Assembly: GCA_001179505.1 (NCBI GenBank)
Contig: CDMY01000697.1
Location: 1 to 29,194, forward strand
Direction: 5' to 3'
Origin: Vitrella brassicaformis CCMP3155
Taxonomy: Eukaryota > Protista > Chromerida
Length of the DNA stretch: 29,194 nucleotides
This document shows, one piece after another, positions 22,640 through 29,194 of this stretch. Under the pieces are notes generated by a model that worked only from the letters and a program-made list of their open reading frames with translations, did not search any database and was not told the DNA's origin. How positions within the stretch are numbered: position 1 is the first letter of the stretch; each line of letters starts with the position of its first letter. A program made the translations under genes and the position numbers.

Positions 22640-24736
22640 CTAATGTCTTCTGCCTCTGCTGCCAGCAGTGTCTCTGATGGCTGGGCGTGTTGCCATCGCA
22701 GGCTGGCGGGAAGACGACGACGGAACACCACCTACTCGAACACAGACAGACAGACATAGATACAGAGACATAGACACCCACAAGAGTGTCTGATGTCCCT
22801 CTCTGTATGTGTGTCTGCTTGCCTGTGCTGGCGTATTTGTGTGGCGTCGACGCGAGCATGCAGAGGTCAATAGTGTCCTGCTGCTCATCAGCAGCGCGCG
22901 AAGGGCTCTGCAGTGAGTGCAGAGACACACACAGATGAGATGATTGATGCACACAAAAGAGAGAGTGTATGGATCAATGTCGTGCGTACGCTGCTTGCTG
23001 GACTGGAAGCAGCAGCAGCACTCGAGGAAGAAGGGGAGCTCTCCTGCGTGTTGATTGATTGATGTGGCACATCACATACAAACGTGTGTGTATAGTATAC
23101 ACATCGATCGATCCGCTTCTCTGCACTCGTACGTTTCTCAACGCTTTTCTCGCGGCAGGGCCTGGTGGTCGGATAGCCAAGCCACACACAGAGAGAAGCA
23201 TGAGGGAAGCGTGGCGTGCACCGACCAACCCCATGTGTGTGAATGCATACCAGTGATGCCTTTCTGGTTCATTGGTGGGGCGATCAGAGCTTCCCTGTCC
23301 ACACCTGCACGCACACACGTGTATGACAGACACACACACACGGGGAAAAGGGTGCGGTGCCTACCGTCAGCAAGAGAGAGGTAGCTGTTGAGTGCGCCGG
23401 TCGGCTGCATTAAAGACAGAGAAGAGGGTCACCCATGCATTAGTGAGGTGTGTCTTTGTCTGTATGTCCCTGTGTCTGTTTGCCTGTCTCTCTCCCTCCC
23501 TCTTTCTTTTTCTGTCTATCCGATAGATTTGGCACACAATACACACACATACGTACCGCGAGTGCAGCCGGTCCGGTGCCGGCCGGTGTGCTGACGGGCA
23601 GACCCCTCGCCTGTCGCTCACGACGCTGCACAACCGACACCGACAGACACACACCATCTGTGGTTTGGGGTGTGTGTCAAATACCGTCTCGAAGACGGTC
23701 TCATGGTTTTCGTAGGACGAGCCACACCCACACCTACACACATATACACACACACAATCCAGTTGTGTACACGGATGGATGCGCAGATCGATGAATGGCT
23801 GACGTGAAGCGAGAGATGAATCCACTACACGAGCAGCTCGGCTGTGTGCATTTCTTGGTGCGGGCGTCGTGCACCTCGTATGAGTGCTTGCACCGACACT
23901 TCAAATCCTGCATTGCCATTCCATCACACATGGACGCGTGGATGGATGTGTGTGGGGTTGAGGGTGTGGTATATGACACTTACTTGGCTGCCGTGGATGG
24001 GAATATAGGAAAACATGAGACATCGGCACCCTTGCATGCGACATGACACCTGCACACGATACAGCGGACACATCACACAGCAAACGATGTAACACGAATC
24101 GATGGCACACGGATACGAAAGACAATATGTCTCTGTGTGTACTTGACAGACCTTTTTGGTCTCCGTCTCAAACCAAGCGTGATCTCGATATCTGCAGATA
24201 CACACATACGTCGATGGATGTGGCGCGGGGGTCTGTCGTGTCTGCCGCGCCTGTGTCCACAGAAGCATTTGCTGGAGGGCCCGATGATCTTGCAGTCCAT
24301 TCCGGTGGCTGCAGGCCCAATGCGCAACACAAGCCATACGGCGCCCTCTCTTTGTCTCTCTGTGTGTGTGTGGGTATGTCCGTACACGTGTTTCTCCAGT
24401 AGACATGGAGTTCATTCTCCTTGGCCTTGGCCGCCTTCGCCTGCAACTTGCCATACCTGTTGATGTGTTGTGTGTATCAATCAAACAAGCGCATGCAGCC
24501 AGACGTGTTGTTGCGTACTCTTCTTCGCTCAGCAGCGCCCCACCGTCCGTATCGCCGACCAAACTTGACGGAAAGGCCACAGAGAGAGAGAGACAGAATG
24601 CACCCATCGCGCACACACGAATGTACGTCTATGATGCCAACGAAATCCATATGTCCGTCACACACACATACTTGAGATATTCAAAGTATGCGTTTAGGTG
24701 CTTGTCGGCGTCGGCAGGGATCTTCACCGCACACAT
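22640..24736 (-). CDS. FAM221: FAM221-family (DUF4475) Cys/His-rich protein with low-complexity C-terminal tail
   Basis: AYFEYLNLVGDTDGGALLSEEEY...VYWRN, TGMDCKIIGPSSKCFCGHR, CRMQGCRCLMFSYIPIHGSQ, DLKCRCKHS...CSCSGFISRFT, CGCGSSYENHETVFET, SLADG. These match the motif order of FAM221A/B. Confidence 0.88.
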
Positions 24737-25170
24737 ACTGACAACCACGGGGACGGGCAGGTAGTGAGGGAGACGGCCGGGTGCTGGGGCGTGGACATAC
24801 ATACGGGACATTCATGTACGTGTCCTCACTTGTCTGGTACGTGGTGTGTGCGTGGGCAGGTATGTACCTGCTGTCCGTGCCTCTGTACGTTCCTCTCGCT
24901 TCGTCCGTGGCTGCATGCACGCATCAGAAATAACAGAAATGCCGCGGTCGTTGTGCCATTCTTTAGGATGGACAACACGCACAAACACATGCCTGGCGAG
25001 TCGCACACTGACGGCCTCTTTGCGGCTCTTTCCCTTTCCTCACGGAACCAATGCGAGCTAGTAGTAGTACTAGGATTGCCATCGCCGCTGAACTTGAAGA
25101 TCCGAGATCCGAGATCTGAGCCCTCTCTCTGCCCTTGACGATATCTTGCCGCCTGTTTGTCCATCAGCGA

Positions 25171-25492
25171 ATGGCTCAGCCGCAGCAGCACAACGGCTCC
25201 CCGCAGCCACAGCATGACCCATGGAGGTTCCGCTACCGGACCGGGAAGACCGAGTCGGTTGTAATCAGCGGGGTGCCCAAGGACAGCCCCCTCCTGAAGG
25301 AAACAGACTGTCTGGAAACGGCGGTAAGGCACACAGACACACACGCGCAATAAAGCAGACACGTTCAGTGTGCATGAATCCCTCTCTGTGTGTGTGTGTG
25401 TGTGTGTGTCTGTGTGCAGGTGAGGCTGTTGAGGTCAGTGTGTGTGTGTGCATAATCAGGCAATCGACTCCTTCTCTGTCACACTATTTCTT

Positions 25493-25523
<31 letters not shown>

Positions 25524-26203
25524 CCGTCCGTCCGTCCGTCTGTCCGTCTGTCTGTCTGTCTGTCTGTCTGTGTGAAGGTTGGCCAAGTGCGACATGCTGG
25601 ACTTTTCCAGTGAGCAGCTCATGGCCCTCAGTCGTCGGCAAACCGAAGACAGGAGGCGCTTCAAAATTGTGACTGAGGTCAGCATGATTGGATGGGCGAA
25701 CAAGAAGGATGCCTGCAACTCTCTGTGTCTCAGGAGTGCATGCGGCATTCATGGAATCCAAAAAAACAACGCGGTGTCACGAGCCTTGATTTCACGGTAC
25801 GGTCTCTTGAATCGACTCCCCCTACTTAGCAGAGAGAGAGAGGGCGTCTGCATCCATGTACACACCACTTGGTCTGTGTGTCTTGCTGGCATCCTTATGC
25901 AGTGTTTCTGTTCCCAGCTGTGTGGCCCCGAGTACCAGTCACTGTCCCTCTGCACTTCCACCCAGAGGCTTCTCACCAAGAACTACGGCTCCGGTGATGC
26001 CATGAGATGCACACCACACGCGAGAAGCTTATGCAAGTGTACGCACAGACATACACATACACACACACACGTACAGACCCCCATCTATCCGTCTGGATGT
26101 GTCTGCAGGCATCAAGGATGAGCTGATGAGTGTGTTGATGGCCGGGTCCCCCCATGTGCAGGCCGATGACGTCAGGCTCGTGGATGGATTCGACTGTGAA
26201 TGA
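25171..26203 (+). CDS. Hypothetical protein, 6 exons including a 14-nt microexon (25420-25433)
   Basis: In-phase exons give MAQPQQHNGSPQPQHDPWRFRYRTGKTESVVISGVPKDSPLLKETDCLETA/VRLLR/LAKCDMLDFSSEQLMALSRRQTEDRRRFKIVTE/ECMRHSWNPKKQRGVTSLDFT/LCGPEYQSLSLCTSTQRLLTKNYGSG/IKDELMSVLMAGSPHVQADDVRLVDGFDCE*. No family recognised. Confidence 0.72.
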
Positions 26204-26904
26204 GTGACATGTAGATAGCGCATTGATGAACGAACAAATGGAGGGAGGCCGAATGGTTATGTGTGTGTGTGGGGGAAGGAGAGAGATGGGACGGCGCGCA
26301 AGTGAGAGAGAGGTCTCTTCGGTTGTTCTGTGACGCATCGTGTTTTAGTCTGCTGTCAGTGAGCTGCTCCATGGTCACCCGACACAGTGAGTGTTGACCA
26401 TCCTTCTCTGTGCAGTGGCCGCTGAGAGACAGACCGACACACAGCATGACTGAATGGGACAGTGCGACTCATTGGGGTGCACAATGAGGAGAGATGCATG
26501 AAGAGATTTGTTGACTTCACACTGGCAAGTACAGTCCCGTCCACGGACAGGGCGCCACGATGGACAACTGGCAAAAGAAGTGGCACCAGTGTGTATGTGT
26601 TTGTGTGCGGTGGCAACTTGACAACCTGATCAATCGACTGACTGACTCAGCCACATGCTTAATCCATGGGATGAGTTCACTCCACGGCCGTCACAGCCCC
26701 CATAGGCCGACACACTTCACCCCATAGCATCGAGAGAGATATGGCCGGCAGGTGAGTCACCCAGGCAGCCAACCACACTCACACATCGGCCGCAGCATCA
26801 CATCAAAATCGGCCGGCAGCGGACCGGATCGGATCGGACCGCACCAGATGTACTCACACCCACATCAACAGGCAGCCAGCCATGAGGACGGGCCGATATC
26901 TCTT

Positions 26905-26935
<31 letters not shown>

Positions 26936-27046
26936 GGCAGGGCGACACTCAGCCACATGGTGACAGAGGGGATGCATCGCTGCGCACCCACTAGGGCGTG
27001 TTGGCTGACTGTTGGCTGACGGATCGCTCAGCCGCCGCCCTCCGCC

Positions 27047-28374
27047 TCAGCTGTCGAATACGAATGGCGCCGCCGCCCCCAACGCCACGCGAGCCAACTG
27101 AGTGGTGACGGGGAAGCGGTGCTTGAAGGGACCTCCATCACACACAGCCGCCTCTGTCGTGTGGATAAACACACTCACTGCAGACAAGGGAAAGAAAAAC
27201 ACCGATGACATTTGACCAGCAGCACTCCCTCCCTCTCTGTCATTCTAACCGATGTTGAATCGTTCGATGGAAATCCATGCGACGAAGGGGTGGCTGCTGT
27301 TGGTGAGTACCAGCCGGCAGTCACCATCCCAGTGGCCCCCGCTGATTGTGGTTGTGCATCCGGCCACTGGTGTGTGTGGCGACTCGGTGAGGAGGCGATT
27401 TACACGGCCGCCACCGACACCCCTGAACAGACAGACACCAACAAACGACTTGTGGTGTGCCCCTTCCAACCCCATTGAGGCCGTTGATGCCGTGTGTCAC
27501 CTGTTAAGTGCAGTCGACGTGACATTGATGTGGTGAGTATTCCTGAAGTGGTCGAGGATCTTGTCCTTGGCAAATGACGAAACTGACGCATCGATGCGCC
27601 CTTGGCCGCCACCGCTCGACACCCATCGGGCCCGATAGCGATCTGAGGGGGTCCTCCAGACGCTGCCGATGCCGTTCCGCACCGGTGGGTCGTGTGGCTG
27701 TCTGTGCTGCTGGTACAGGTGGCCGACAGGGAGGGGCGGGTCGACCTGCAGCTCGAAGCCGGGCTCGTCGACGATAGCCCGCACCTCACCATTGCCGAGG
27801 TGGAACAGCTGCAGGCAAGTGCCGTCACTGAAGTGAAAGTGGCGGCCGACCATCTTCAGCTGCGCCAACACACGGGAAGCCGACACATACGCCTACACAC
27901 GACCACACACACAGACACACAGAGAGAATGAGGCCCTCTCCCGTCGTCCCGTCCCCGCCCGTCTGTTTGCTGGCTCACCGATATGTTTGTGTGTGTGTTG
28001 ATGTCAGCCCCACTGAGGGTCACAGGCAGCTCACAGTTGCCGCACTGCCCCGCCAGCTCAATCACCTCGGCCATCTCACCCCAGGCCCCCTCCTCCACCA
28101 CACACACAGCCGCCAGCAGATCATGTATGCCGAGCTGGTCGTCGTCGAACCGCAGCAGCTGCACTTGCTGCCCATTCACCGCTCGCCGCAGCCCCGCCTG
28201 TGAGCCCAGCGAGTGGCTGAGCCGATCTCTCAGCTGGGCCGCTCCGAAGAGCTGTCTGAGTCAGGTGCAGGTGGCCCTCAGCCGCACGACGTCCTTGACG
28301 CTGAAGAGGTAGCGGCTCCTCCGGCCCACACACACATATGACACGGGGTGCTGCTGCTGCTCGTGGTGCTGCAT
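27047..28374 (-). pseudogene. Member of a lineage-specific expanded (Vitrella-type) protein family, with one premature TGA
   Basis: MQHHEQQQHPVSYVCVGRRSRYLFSVKDVVRLRATCT*LRQLFGAAQLRDRLSHSLGSQAGLRRAVNGQQVQLLRFDD..., then three in-phase introns, ending PFKHRFPVTTQLARVALGAAAPFVFDS*. The TGA at 28263-28261 sits where recalled paralogues have Trp. Confidence 0.75.
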
Positions 28375-29023
28375 GAGATGGATGGGCCAAGACGGTCAGA
28401 TGAGTGAGGCGGTGGACGAGAGGCTGCACAGAGCGACAGAGCCGACAGATGGAGGATTATGTCCATCAAAAATGCTGCTCACAGATCTGTGTGCTGGTCA
28501 CCTCGTTCGATGCTCAGATGGACAGATCAGAGAGAGGTCAATGAGCTACAACCACCATCAGCGGCAGCGGCAGATGAGGAGGCCGCCATGGCTCCTCAGC
28601 CACACTGCACCGATGGGCCGACAGACACACAGAGAGAGAGGCACACAGACAGACAGACAAACAGACAGACAGAGAGGCCAACGCATTCATTAAGGTCAGT
28701 GGATGAGCGCATCAGTTGAGTCAGTCAGTGAGTCAGTGAGTGTTGGGCCTCCCTCACCTCCGTTGTCTGTCAGCTCAACGGCTCGCACACCGCACCGCAG
28801 CAGTCGAGAGGACGGCTGACTCGAGGGACTCTTCTCGCTCTCTTGTCGGCCGAGTGCCTCACTCTCACAACGCACAGCTGTCCGACAAGGCGCACAAACG
28901 CCGCACTTTGGCCTCCGCGGGGCTACAGGGTAAAAAACCCTTTGACCCCTCGTCAAACCCTCCGGCTCTTTGGGTTCGGTGGGCAGCCCTCCTGACGGCT
29001 GTGCTGTGTGCTGAGATCTGTCG

Positions 29024-29194
29024 TTTAGGGTTTAGGGTCTAGGGCTTAGGGTTTAGGGTTTAGGGTCTAGGGTCTAGGGTCTAGGGTCTAGGGTCTAGGG
29101 TCTAGGGTCTAGGGTCTAGGGTTTAGGGTTTAGGGTTTAGGGTTTAGGGTTTAGGGTTTAGGGTTTAGGGTTTAGGGTTTAGGGTTTAGGGTTT
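29024..29194 (+). repeat. Telomeric repeat tract (TTTAGGG with TCTAGGG and CTTAGGG variants)
   Basis: 24 heptamers plus TTT: 2 TTTAGGG, 1 TCTAGGG, 1 CTTAGGG, 2 TTTAGGG, 8 TCTAGGG, 10 TTTAGGG. The G-rich strand runs 5'->3' toward the sequence end, as at a true chromosome end. Confidence 0.97.

Larger units (their letters stand above)
12900..26100. repeat. Dense intronic microsatellites: (GT/AC)n, (GA/TC)n, (ATGG/CCAT)n, (CTGT/ACAG)n
   Basis: Nearly every intron of the NTPDase, CDC45, FAM221 and 25171 genes is built largely of these repeats; the same holds for 1600-5250. Confidence 0.95.

Noticed and set aside
28261-28263. TGA-as-Trp genetic code reassignment
   Set aside because: TGA is the normal terminator of the hydrolase, the 4309-5338 gene, the NTPDase and the 25171 gene, and TGG is used for Trp throughout.
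1-29194. CRISPR arrays, rRNA, tRNA, prokaryotic operons or defence systems
   Set aside because: The sequence is eukaryotic with spliceosomal introns. No repeat-spacer array, tRNA cloverleaf or rRNA-like segment was seen by eye; tRNAscan/Infernal were not run.

Overview
Eukaryotic, GC-rich, intron-dense chromosome end. The window finishes in a TTTAGGG/TCTAGGG telomeric tract (29024-29194). The microsatellite-filled short introns, bipartite plastid-targeting leaders and a recognisable lineage-specific gene family suggest the chromerid alga Vitrella brassicaformis or a close relative (inference, not verified). Genes reconstructed by hand across GT/GC-AG introns: a small hypothetical gene (-, 464-1084, possibly continuing to the window start); a plastid-targeted pheophytinase-like alpha/beta hydrolase (+, 1232-4064); a probable plastid-targeted hypothetical protein (+, ~4309/4457-5338); a GDA1/CD39 NTPDase with signal peptide and C-terminal RDEL (-, 12938-16147); CDC45 (+, 16739-22071); a FAM221-family protein (-, 22640-24736); a hypothetical protein (+, 25171-26203); and a lineage-specific family member with one premature TGA (-, 27047-28374). 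A ~6.8 kb island (~5.7-12.5 kb) lacks the host-type microsatellite introns. It holds decayed, partly spliced, plus-strand fragments resembling a P-like DDE transposase, a Ty1/copia protease, CxC/KDZ-type transposase pieces and a JmjC-like domain. The most interesting signals are this composite element, the (AC)n...(GT)n self-complementary intron architecture, the ER-retained NTPDase with an apicomplexan-type ACR4, a 69-bp element shared downstream of two unrelated adjacent plastid-protein genes, and the near absence of a subtelomere. All family assignments are motif recognition by eye; no searches were run.
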